NCBI GenBank assembly: GCA_004431415.1
Contig: QPMI01000395.1
Coordinates: 558,001-622,000 of the forward strand
Origin: Cyanophora paradoxa CCMP329
Taxonomy: Eukaryota; Plantae; Glaucophyta
Direction of reading: 5' to 3'
DNA: 64,000 nt
The position numbers were made by a program, and so were the translations under genes. Positions 26,730 through 42,943 of the stretch are shown here, one piece after another (the stretch's first letter is position 1; each line of letters starts with the position of its first letter). The notes under the pieces were generated by a model that searched no databases, was not told the origin of the DNA, and worked only from the letters and a program-made list of their open reading frames with translations.

Positions 26730-27430
26730 TGCGCGGGCGGACTGCGGCCGCGCTGCCGGGAGGCGGACACCCTCGGGCCGGGAGAAGAATGGGAGGGCCG
26801 GGGCCCTGGGCGGGGCGGCCTGGAGCCCGGGCGGCGCCGCCTTCGAACCAGCGCCCGGCCCCGAGCCCTGGCGCAGGCCCGCCCGACCTCGCAGCGGCCA
26901 GCGCGGAGATCGAAGCCTACGCCCAGGGCCGCTAAGACGCTGAGATGCGCGCGGGCGGGGGCGGGCGGAGGGTCGGGGCTGCGCACGCGTCGCACCGGCG
27001 CAGAGGGCCCCGCCGCGGTTAGCCGGGGACGATGCAAAGGCGTTCCAGGCCCGCATGCGCAGCGCTAGCCCGGCGCTGAGCGGCTTCCGGGTCGACGCAG
27101 GACGGCTCGACGTCCCGCTGCACATTCTCCACCAGCCCAGCCACATCGCTGCTGCGCGACTTCTGTTAGCTCTCAGAGCGCTCGGGAATTCGGTCTGCGC
27201 CCCTCCGGCTCGCGTACCTCGGGGACGAGAACGCTAACTCGGCGGGCCGCGACCGGCCTCCCGCCACTTGCGGACACCACGCCGGCGACCAGACCGGCGG
27301 CGCATCTCCAGGACCGAGAAGCGATGCGCGAGGACGTCGGCCGGGAGCTGCGCCGCTGCCGGCTGCCTGGAGCCCGCTTGCTGCATCCCACCCCTGCGCA
27401 TCTTCTGCTCCAACTCGCCGGCCTCGCTCA
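26100..27430 (-). pseudogene. Possible degenerate F-box(-LRR) gene remnant
   Basis: QLPADVLAHRFSVLEM...GVRKWREA (ORF 27234-27506) resembles an F-box. Downstream frames contain stops, and an internal segment is duplicated (~26480-26530 versus ~26630-26670). Confidence 0.25.
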
Positions 27431-27627
27431 TTCGATTCTCTTGCACCGCCGGGCTGGTCGATTTCAGGGCTTTGAGATGCGGTGGTCGCATGCCAGAGGG
27501 GTACATTGGTCAACAGGGTCCCACAGTTCATTCATGTGAAGCGCCTGAGCTTGAGCCCTCGCACGATTCTTTAAGTAGGCCGCCGCGCGAAGGATTTCGG
27601 TTTTGCGTTCCATCAGCATCAACGAAG

Positions 27628-28890
27628 ATGTCGTCTGCCGCAGCCCGCCACGTGACATTCGCGCCCGAGCTCGACCCGGCGACCCCGGACACCACGGATT
27701 CGGAGGAGAGCGACGTAGACATCCTCGACGTGCTCAACGACAGCCTCGACGCGGTCTTCGTGGAGAAGCTGCAGGCCAGCCTCGCGTTCTCGCAGCAGCA
27801 GGCGAACGCGCATCCGGGCACGCGCCCGGCGTCGCCGACCTCGACGGACGTGGGCGACGACTCTGACGACGATTCCGAGGACGCGGCGACGGCACCGAGC
27901 TCAGGGTCGTTTGCAGCCGGTGTGCAGATGGTTGCGGCCCCGCGCCTATCCTATGCACCAGGCACAAAGACCCAAGGCTCGGGCCTGGCCCCGTCGGCCG
28001 TGGCCGCACCCGTGGTGCTCCGCATCGCCTGCGGGTGGGCCGAGGTGAGCCCCGCGCGCGCCGCGTTGTTCACCTGACGCAGCGTTCGCCCGTGCAGAAT
28101 GGGCCGGTCGTGCAGAACCACATCCAGGAGCTCGCGGTCACCGCCGAGTGCGGCGGCGCCAGGATCGGCCTGGGGCGGGCCTTCCCCGGCTGGGGCCGGC
28201 CCGGCGCGTACGCGCTGGAGCTGATCCCGGAGATGTGCGTCGGCAAGGACGCCTTCGTGCCCGTGCCGGGGCGCGAGCTCCTGGGCGACAAGTTCTGCCC
28301 CGAGCTCATCGCGCCCTCCCTCGCCACCGGCGACATCGCCTACGACGAGGACGGGGTGCGCGCCCCGCGCCCCGCGCCCCGCGCCCCGCGCCGCGTTCGC
28401 CTGGCGCCCTCTGATGGAGCGCGTGCGGCAGGCGATGCGCGTGAGCGCGCGGCTCTGGCTGAAGGCGAAGGACCTCGCGGCGTACAAGCCGCACAAGGAG
28501 CTGCTCCGCTGCCGCCTCGTCGTCACCCGCTGCGCCACGCCGCGCGCCCCCGCCGCCGTCGTCGCGGAGGGCACCACGCCCGCCTACCGTGCGCCGCCCG
28601 CCGCCCGCCCCCGCCCCGCCCCGCGCTGACGTCGACGGGCGCGCGCAGGCTGCTACTGCAAGGCGAACACGGCGGACCGCAACGCCGGCGGCCACGGCTC
28701 CACGATGCGAAAGGCGGCCCCGGCGCCGCGCCAGGACCGCCCGAAGCGCAAGCGCGCGCCCCGCGCCCGCGACGAGAGCGACGAGAGCGACTCGGAGGCG
28801 GCGGCGCCGGCGCCCCGCGAGGGCCGCCCCAAGCGCCGCTGCGCCCGCCGCAGCTTCGCGGAGAGCGACGAGAGCGACTTCGAGCCGTAG
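27628..28890 (+). CDS. Hypothetical 4-exon protein with an acidic N-terminus, a globular middle domain and a basic NLS-like C-terminus
   Basis: ATG at 27628. Exons ...CGWAE | NGPVVQNHIQ...YDEDG | AMRVSARLWLKAK... | ...CYCKANT...PKRKR...PKRR...DFEP* are bounded by GT..CAG introns. Confidence 0.7.
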
Positions 28891-29459
28891 ACGAGGCCGC
28901 CCCGTGCCCCGCTTTGTAGGGCTCTCGCTGTAGCCCGCCCAGTGACTTGGCTTTCCGATCCCTTTGATCAAAAGACCAAAACGCATTCGTTTCCTTTTCA
29001 AGTTTTGCACTTAGTTTCAAGCTTCATCATGTAGCACAACTCATTCAGTTATTCAGTAAAGATCATCATGTACAGTGACGTAGTATTTATTCATAGCTAT
29101 AGCTATAGCCTTGCAAATGTGATGTTCGCCGCATCATGTGCCCTCCTTTTCTTCCTTCAATTTTCGGGTTTATCATGAAGTTAGACTCGGACTCGCCGTC
29201 GAAATACATAGATCACGAAGTGAAATTGTAAATTAGAAACAGGCATAGGCCTCTTTCAGACTCGCTATCTATCCCATTCCCGCTGGCGACTCGCCGCGCA
29301 ACTTGCTTGCCTCTTCATTTCGCATCCGATGATCCCCCAATGATCATTGAATTCGAAATTCACACAAAGAACTACCTAGCTGGCCCTGGAATTCAGGATC
29401 TAAAAACGGTAGGACGGGTCTTCTAACAACTCCAGCTGTCCACTCTCTCGAGTCTAGAA

Positions 29460-30974
29460 CTCGCGTGCGGCGCGGGGGGGGGGGGGGGGGGGGGGGGGGT
29501 GTGGCCGCCCTTATAAGTAGCTTAAATTTTAGAATTAAGGGGCGCGGGGGAGGCCTTGCAAGCGCATGCCGGCCTCGAGGCGGATCTGCACGCGCGGGGT
29601 GGGCGGGATGGGCGGGGCTCGCGAGTTGGGGAGAAGGAGAAAGTGGGCGGGAAGCGCGAGGGTCGGGGTTGGGGTTGGGTTGGGGGGGGGGGGGGGGGTA
29701 CCCGACCCTGACGGCGGCGCGGGTGGAACCTGAAGGCGCGCTCGCGGTCCTTCTGAGGAGCGCGGAGAGGAGGGGCGGGAGGAGGAGGGGGGGCGAGGAA
29801 AGGGGGAGGGGGGGAGGGGGAAGGGCGGCAAGTTGGGAAGGGGGTACGCGGCATCATGATCAGGCCGGGGGAGGGGGAGAGAGGAGTGGGACGCCGGTGG
29901 GGGGGATGGGCGGGGAAGGGGGGGGTACGCGGTAGGGAGCGGAAGGGGGCGGTGCATGCACGACGGAGCGGCTACGCGCGGCGCTGTGCGGACCTCGAGT
30001 AGTGACGCTGCGCCGCTCCTCCACCCGCCGCTCCAGCGCGCCTGCGCCCCGCCCCGCGCCGCTCAGCGGGCCCGAAAAACGTTGGGATCAAATCTCCTTT
30101 CGGACCTTTGTCGCGGGTGAGGCGGGCGGCGAGGTCGTCCTTCTCGCGGGCGAGGTCGCCGTTCTCGCGCCTCAGCCGCACCACGAGCTCCCGCAGGCAG
30201 CGCTCTGCCCCGGGCCGCGCCGGGTCAGGGGAGGCAGGGTGGGAGAGGGGGCGCGAGGAAGCGGCGCGCCGAGGTGCGCCGGGAGCTCCGAGCGGGGGAG
30301 CCGGGAGGAGCAGCCGAGCTCGGCGTTGGGGCACGGCGGCCGGCACGCCGCCTCTGTGCGCCTGCCGGCGGGGCGGGTGAGGCACGAGGCGGAAGGGAAT
30401 CCGAAGGTGCGCACCGGCAGCTCGTCGAGAAGGACGCGGGCCCCGCAGCCGCCACACGCACCCCAGCCCGCCGCGCAGCCCGCTACGTGTGCCGCGAAGG
30501 AGCCCACGTCGCCCCGCCACTCGCAGCCCAGCCCCTGGAACCGGCAGCTGCGCGGGCAGCTGCGCACTGCACTCGCAACTCGTTGATGCGCCGAGCAACG
30601 AACCAGGCGGACCGAGAGCGGTCGCGGTCGATGACATCGCGGTCGATTGGGCACTTGAGCTGCGCTCTTCGGCGCTCGTGCTGGAAGGGGTAGCCAGCCT
30701 CCCTCGCCAGCCGCTCGCCGCATGCCCGACACAGCTTGTGCTCGTTCGAGCACCCCAGCAGCGTCTGCGGGCGGCGGTCGCATCAGTCGTACGCGCCGGC
30801 GCCGTGGTAAGGGCTGCTATTGAAGCGGACAAGCGGAGAAGTGCGCACCGGCTCTCGCATGACGAGGCAGCAGATGGCGCATGTGAGCTCGAGCCGCTGA
30901 GCCTGCGCCTCCTCACCGGGCTCGAAGATCTCCGACGGCCAGCCGCCTTTCCCATCGATCGGGCTGGCGGCCAT
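29460..30974 (-). CDS. RING finger plus TRAF-type zinc finger protein with coiled coil (3' end uncertain)
   Basis: ELTCAICCLVMREP | ..LLGCSNEHKLCRAC...KCPIDR (C3HC4-like RING), then CRFQGLGCEWRGDVGSFAAHVAGC and CPNAELGCSSRLPRSELPAHL, then LRRENGDLAREKDDLAARL. Confidence 0.75.
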
Positions 30975-31366
30975 TCTCACACAGCTATCTTCGCTGAAGC
31001 CGGTACATCCGCGCAGAGAGCCCTCAAGCTGCTGCGCGCTGGCGGGGATGAGCTTCGCGCAAGATCCTCCAAAAGCCCAGATCTAGATCCTCCACATACC
31101 AGATCGCGGCGCTCCTGCAGTCGCGGCGCTCCTGCAGTCCGCGCTCCGACTTTTGGTCCGTTCGGCTCCGCCGAACCGCCGGAACCATTGCGCGCTCGGC
31201 AGCCGAGCTCGAGGTCCCGCCGCGCGTCGCGAGCGGGCTGTAGCTGCAGCTGCTGGTCCAGTGCTGGACTGGGCTAGGGTACGATGTACGAGGTACTGAG
31301 CGGGGTACGCGAGCTTGGCAAGCCGAAGCGCCGCGTGTTTGCAATTGTCATCGACGTCTCGCTTTC

Positions 31367-31653
31367 GGCGCGGCACACTCCGGCGCGCAGCTCAGCAACT
31401 GCATCTTAGCATCGGCACAGCGAGCTCGAGGGCCGGCCGCGGCCGCGCGCGGGCGCGTGCAGCTGCAGCTAAGCGGTCCGGTCAAGTCTGCAAGCGGCAC
31501 CGGCGCCGGCGTATCGCATCGGCGCGGCGCGGCACACTCCGGCGCGCAGCTCAGCAACTGCATCTTAGCATCGGCACGGGGATCTCGAGGGCCGGCCCCG
31601 GCCGCGCGCGGGCCGGGCGCGTGCACCTGAGCGGTCCGGTCAAGTCTGCAAGC
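31367..31653. repeat. Two-copy direct repeat, period 159 bp
   Basis: ggcgcggcacactccggcgcgcagctcagcaactgcatcttagcatcggcac occurs at 31367 and 31526. Confidence 0.85.
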
Positions 31654-32297
31654 TGCACCCGCGATTAAGGTGAGAGCACTTATAGGTAGAGGAGAGCAAT
31701 AAGAAGCTTATGTTAAGAGCATTGCGCGCGCTGCGCATGCAGCGCCGCGGCCGCTGCCGACGCGAGCGCGACCGGCCGCGGCCGCGGCCGCGGCCTATAG
31801 CTAGGCCTGACGCGCGCGGTCATGATCAATTGCAAGCCTTAGAGAACGTTAACTGCAGCTGGTCATGACCGGGGCTCGCTAGTTATATCGTGACTTCGGC
31901 CCGGGACGGCGCCGGCCGCGGTGCGGGGACCCCGCGCGCTGCGGTCCGACGGTCGTTAATCTGTGCATGATTTCGAATTCTACCCGATCATGCATGAGCT
32001 GAGAATCGATCGTACGCGTGCAGCACTACTCGGATCTCAAGCCGCTAGGCCGTACGTGTGTACGTATACGTACCTCTAGATCTTCAAGATCTTCAAATGG
32101 GCAATCGAACCTCACTTGCAAGTGCGCGCGATATCGATCGAGTTTAATTTATCGATACTTTTTGCGCCCGAGTCTCGGAGTATACGTATTCAACGTTATA
32201 ATTAACTGACATGTACACGCTATATATCCTCGCATCATGATCAGACTTGTCCAAGCGCGCGTTCGCGGAAGAACTAGCTTCGAATCCGAGTAATCCG

Positions 32298-37193
<4,896 letters not shown>

Positions 37194-37849
37194 CGCTTGC
37201 CGTACTAGAATCGGCTTGACCAAGTCCGTGTGTTGCACGCAAGTACACGTAAGCGTGCACAATCATGATCAGGAGCCACTGGGCCATGATCATGAGGTCC
37301 ATGATTGATATCATGATCATGATCATGTGATCATGAAGCGTTTCATGTTTGCTAAGTTACGAGCCCCCCGGGCCGGGGCCGCGGGCCCGACTGAGCCAGG
37401 CCCACCCCGGATCCGAGACCGGAACCGGTACCAGGCCGAGGGCCGGGTCCGACCCAGCTGCAGGGTCAGCGAGGACTTCTTACATGTGATAGTTTGCGGC
37501 CGGTAGCAGTCGCCCTGGCGGCCGCGGCCCGCCAGCTCATGATCAGCGGCTGCAGGCCCCGGCCAAGCTGTACATGTACCGTAATAAGGTATACGTACAA
37601 ATTAAATGCATGTACTACGGTACAACATAATACGCACGTGTACGCAGATTCCTTAGCAATTATAGCTAACTAGTAATCTTTACAACGATAAATTGTATGT
37701 TGGGGCCCGGGGGGGCCGTGCCTGCCTAGGTCTGAAGCTGCAGTTGAAAGTTGAGACGACTCCGAATCGTTGGAAGGCGGAGGGAGGACGACATCAAGTT
37801 GAAAGTTAAGACGACATCAAGGCGACAAGGGAGGATGGTGGTCAGCAAG

Positions 37850-40800
37850 GGAGGTGGAAGCAAGTTTGAGATCTAGAGGGCGGATGGGGCAGTGGGGGCG
37901 TTGGAGGTGAGGGGGGTGGGAATAAAGGCGCGGGGAGGGGGGGAGAGGGAGGGGGAGGATGAGCGAGGAAGGGTGGTGAGGGCGGGGGGAGGGGGTGGGG
38001 AGGGAGGACGCCGGCCCGGGCGAAAGAGGTCAAGAAATGGGCAGAGAAGGAGATCGGCGTGACGGAGGGGGGGGGGGGGGGGGGAAATGGGGCCGGCCCG
38101 GGGCGGCCAGTCGAGGAGGTCGAGAAATGGGCGGAAGAGATTGACATCGCGCGGCACGGGGGCGCGGCGCGCCGGGCCGCAGCTAGCTAGCGCTGCTCGG
38201 AGTGGATCATCGCTGCCGAAGGCGGCATCGACGTCGACGCCCGCGACATCGAAGTCGCCGTCGGGGTCGGGGCGGCGTCGGGGGCGGCGGCGACCTGGGT
38301 CGGGGCGACCTGGGTCGGGGTGGTCAGCAAAAGGGAGCTGGAAGCGAATTTGAGGGGGCGGATGGGGCCGGGCGGGGTAGGGGGCGACCTGGGCTTTCTT
38401 TTGGTCGGGGCGGAGGAGGAGCGGCAGGCGGAGGAGGCCGCGCCAGGAGAGCGGGGGCGGCCGCTCGGGCGCCCCCGCCCGCAGCTCCGCCAGCAGCGCC
38501 TCCACCCGCTGGCCCCCCGCGCCCGGTCACGGGGGGGAGAGGGGGAGGGGGAGGGGGGGGTAGAGAGAGGGGGGGAGAGCGGTCCTCAATTAGCTCTAGA
38601 GGGCGTACGGCGGCCCTGGATCAGATCTGATCTGATCTAGCTCCAGAGCGGGACCTGATCTAGAGAGGCCGCCGGCCCCCGCGAGGCCCGGGTACCGGGT
38701 GCCGGCCCCGGAGCCCCCGTGTACCTAGCCAGGATCTGTAGCCAGGTTCATCTAGGACCGGCATCGCTTGCTTTCCACCTGTATACCGCTGGCGCGCGTT
38801 CGCGCGAATCGAGCGCACCCGGATGCGGGGGTCGCCCTCGGGGAAGACGTGGGGGAACCCCGTGCGGTAGGCGCGCAGGGCCGCCACCAGGCGCTCCCCC
38901 GCCGCCCCCGGCTTGCCTGCCGGTCGCAGCCGCGGTGGGTCGGGCAGCCGATCGCACGGGGAGGGGAGGCGGTGGGCTAGGGGTACGTCCGATACAGCGG
39001 GGGATCTAGGGGTAGGGGGGCGCCGCCTGTTTAGATCTCCGGCCCGCCTCTGATTAGCTCCGCTGAACCATAAATAGCGGACCGTCGTCGCGGAGGGCGA
39101 GGGCGCGGCGGAGGAGCAGGTGCGCCAGCATCGGCGTCCGCTCCCCGGGGTCCACCACCTGAGGGGGGCCCGCCCCGCCCCGCCCCGCCCCGTCAAGATC
39201 AAGTCGGGGGGAGACTCAGATGCCCGCGGCCGCCGGGCGGGCGCCGCATGCGCACCTTGACCACGCGGATGGCCCCCGAGTGGATGCGCGCCCGCAGCGC
39301 CGGCCGCATCGTCTGCACCATCGTCCCCGTCTGCGCTCCGGGGCGTCCGTCAGTCCATCTCTCTCGACCGAACCACGCCGCGATCCCTCCGTCGCTGCAG
39401 CGCCGGGGCGACTCGCCTCTTGGTGGGCCATCCTGCGGGCGAGGACTCGATTTGGGGGGGGGGGGGGGGCAGGGGGGGGAAAGGGAGGGGGGTACGGGCA
39501 CCAGTCGAGGTCGGGGAGGGCGGGGTCGTCGAGGGCCGCGAGGAGCCGCAGCGCCTCCAGCCGCAGCTGCGCGCAGCGCGCCCGGCGCCCCGTAAGAAAA
39601 ACGAAGAATGGCAGGAAAAAAGCTTCAAGAGCGGATTCTTTGGCGCACCCGGCGCCCCGCGAACAGCCGGCCTGCACACACGCGCGCGGGGGACGGAGGG
39701 CGAACATCAAGACGCGGGGGCGGCTTTGGGGGGGGGAGGCGGCGGGGGGTACCGGTGACCAGGAGGTCGGTAGCGTGGACGTGGAGGATTCGGGCCAGGA
39801 AGGGGCCTGCGAGCGAAAGGATATCAATGGGGCTGGCTGGAAAGCTGGAAAGTTGATGGGGGGGGGGGTACGCGAACGAACTCGTGGCCGGGGCCGAGGC
39901 CGCGGACGACCTCGAGGGCGCGGGCGGAGAGGGAGGAGGAGCCGGCCACGTCCATCACGACCCGGCACGCCGTCACTGCGCGCCGCGCGGTGACTCAGCG
40001 AGGACGCTGCGCTGCGAGGTGCTGGGCGTCGTCGAAGCCGGGCGCCGAGCTAGGTAACTAGCCAGCAAGTTAGAGCTAGCCAGCTAGCCAGCTAGCGAAC
40101 TAATTATAAGAGGGGCCCGAGATAACCAAGAACGAACTAAGAACGGAAGGGAGGGCGCGGGGGCGCGTACCCTGGGAGTGGAGGGCGAGGAACTGCGAGA
40201 CGGCCGCCTCTGTACCCCCGCCCTGCAGCACGTAGCACTTGCCCGTGATGTGCAGCGCAGATTTTATCCGCCGCGTCCCGTCTGCGCCCAGTTGGGAAGA
40301 AGGGGGTGGGTGGTGGAAGAGGGGGAGGGGGGTACACTGGAGTTCGGCGAGGGCGGGTATGAGGGCGGCCTCCAGGGGGGACGGCGTCATGTGGCGCCTC
40401 TGGAGCTCTGACCACGCCTGGGGGGGTACAACTTCAGCCGGGCGAGCCGGGGGGGGGGGGGGGGGGGGGGTACGGCCCGACCTCGAAGTAGTGGCCGATC
40501 GCCTCCTCTTTCCTCTCGAACTGCCGTCGCGATCAGGGATGGGGGGTACGAGCGGCGCGCCCATCCGATGGCGCGCGGGGCGCACCCTGTCCAACGCCAG
40601 CCCGTGGAACAGGGACGCTTTGGGCCGAAGCGGCCCCGGCGACTCCGCGTGCTCGTTGGCGAGCTGCTGTACCCTCCCGAGGAGCTGGGCGAGGAGACGG
40701 GGACGGGAACGGGGATCGGCGCGGGTACGGCCCGCCCGGCCGGGAGGGGTACACGGTGCGCGCACGCGGGAGGTTAGTTCCCAGTCCAGCGCGAAGAGGT

Positions 40801-41789
40801 CCTCGCTGGCCCGCGGCATCTCCACTGTACCCGCCTTGGAAGGGGGGGGGTACGGCGTCGGCGAGGAAGCGGGGTGGGGTAGGGGTGGGGGGAGGTGGGT
40901 GGGGGTAGGGGTACCAGGAGGAGAGCGGTCGCGTGGTCGGTGAGGACCTCGGCCTCGCCGGCCGAGAGCGGCGCCTGCCCCGCGCGCTGCAGGGCCGCCA
41001 CTAGCGCCTGCAGCACGCCGCGCGCCTGCGGAGGGGGGCGGGGTGGGGGTGATGGGGAGAGGGAAGGGGGGTGCGCGTACCAGGCGGGGGTCGTGGGAGG
41101 CGCGGAGGGCGGCGAGGGCGCGCCGGATCGCCATGCGGCCCCTTATGGTGCGGAAGAGGTGCGAGTCCAGGAGCCGGGCGTCCGAAAGGGCCTGGGCGCA
41201 GGGGCGCGCGAGCGGATGAGAGCCTGCAGCCTGGCAGCTCCAGGGCGCGCGCGGGGGCACCAGCGCGAGGTTGTTCGCGAGGGTGACGCGCCCCGGGGTC
41301 GCCGTGCGAAGCGCGTTTACGCTTCGGAGGGCCTCTGTCACGCTCAAAACACCCGCGACCAGCTCTTCTCCAGGCGGGCCCGGCGGCAACAAGTAGGGAG
41401 GGTCGCACTGCGCAGAGAGTCAACTGCAGCGGCCGCAGCTACACTGCGCGGGGCAGCGGCAACGGACCGGCTGCCGGAGGAAGGGGCCAACCGCCGGGGG
41501 CGAGCTGGGGAGCTCGAGCGCGGCTTGCGCGTGGGGCGGCGCGGGGCCCCAAGCGAGCGCAGGCGGCGGCGCATCCGAGTCGGCTTCGGCCTCGCCGTTC
41601 TCGAGCTCGACCTCGCGAATCGCTTCAATGGCGCGCTGCGCGGAGCCCGTGTAGAACGCGGGCTCCGCGCCCCGCTCCCAATCCGCTATCAACGTTCTCT
41701 TCTCCGCTTCATCGTCGAGCCAGCTGCCGATCGCCGGTTGCGGGGTCGCGGCGGCCCACGCTTGCATTTGCGGCGCTGGCGCCTCCATG
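37850..41789 (-). CDS. Hypothetical multi-exon helical protein (boundaries approximate)
   Basis: A series of short protein-like exons (MEAPAPQMQAW...; VTEALRSVNALRTATPGRVTLANNLAL; ALSDARLLDSHLFRTIRGR; AGTVEMPRASEDLFALDWELTSR; IKSALHITGKCYVLQGGG; LRLEALRLLAALDDP) separated by C-rich GT..CAG introns. No domain recognised. Confidence 0.5.
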
Positions 41790-42943
41790 CATATGCGAGC
41801 ACGTTCTGGCGCCGGCAGTTGCGGCGCAGCTGCGCCCGCGGGTCTGTTTGAACAAGTTGAACTCCGCTGGCATATGCATGCAGCCTGCTGCGCGCGGGCA
41901 ATTTGACTCGAAGCGGCCGTGGCCGGCGTCTGCGGCCGGGTACAGCCTCGCGATCCGGAATCCGGAAATTGGACCGGAATTCGAATCCGGATCCGCGCTA
42001 CTAGGCTAGTCGATGCCGGCGCGGGCCGTCGATGTTGATCGCGATGTCGTCCCGGCCGGCCCGGCGGGCGCGCTGCTGCCACTGCGGCCCGCCGGGCCGG
42101 AAGTGCAGCGGCACCGGGTACGTATACCCGCGTACAATTGTGCATGCAGCGCGCGCGCAACGCTAACGCTGCATGCGCGCGTATGCAGCGCTAGCCGCGC
42201 ATCATCTCGAACTTCGCCAGCGCTAGCGCGTCCGACGGTCAGAAATTAAATATAAATTCAGCTGCGCGCCGCCACGTTTGGCCGGAGCTTTGCCGGCCCA
42301 CTGACACATGTATCGATATCTATACCGTACGCTCAGCGGCTATCATAGTATGGAACAGAAACATCCGTGCCCACCCCGAATCCCTAACTCGAGTACGAAA
42401 CAAATTCAATGATGCCATGATGTGGATGAAAGAACACGAGGCGCCCCCAGATCTAGACAGCTACAGGCACACTCATGATCACGTGCACTGCACACGAAGA
42501 TTTATATATTTGCAAATGATCTGAAGACAAATGATTATGTACGAGCTTGAGCTGGTTCGTGCTAGATTTCCTACCAGGCTTTTCCAGCCACCAGGCTAAA
42601 CGAAAGTCCCCTCTAATTGACCATATGTCCCCTTGAAACAAATCAACGAGAAAAGCCTAGTGCGCGAATTCGAAATAGAGAAAGTATTAAGCGCTACCGA
42701 CTGTACACCTGCAGTTACTACGTATACGTATACGAATTTAAATTCCAAATTATCGAATATATAGGCCTAGGCCTCAGCCCAAAAGCCATGCAAGTACATA
42801 CAGTCAAATCAAGCTCAAGGTGAAGAGCGTGAACTCGTAATATCGATACGAAATGTCTAGATAGGCCTCGAGTCTCAGGCAGGGTCCGCCCGCGGCCGGG
42901 GGCCGGGGCCGCGGCCGGGGCGCGATTTCGATCGCCCCTGCGC

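Noticed and set aside
25218-27146. Long Arg/Pro/Gly-rich ORFs (617 aa and others; similar cases at 16.1-17.0 kb and 51.9-53.3 kb)
   Set aside because: Stop-poor shadow frames of very GC-rich or antisense sequence, with no domain signal.
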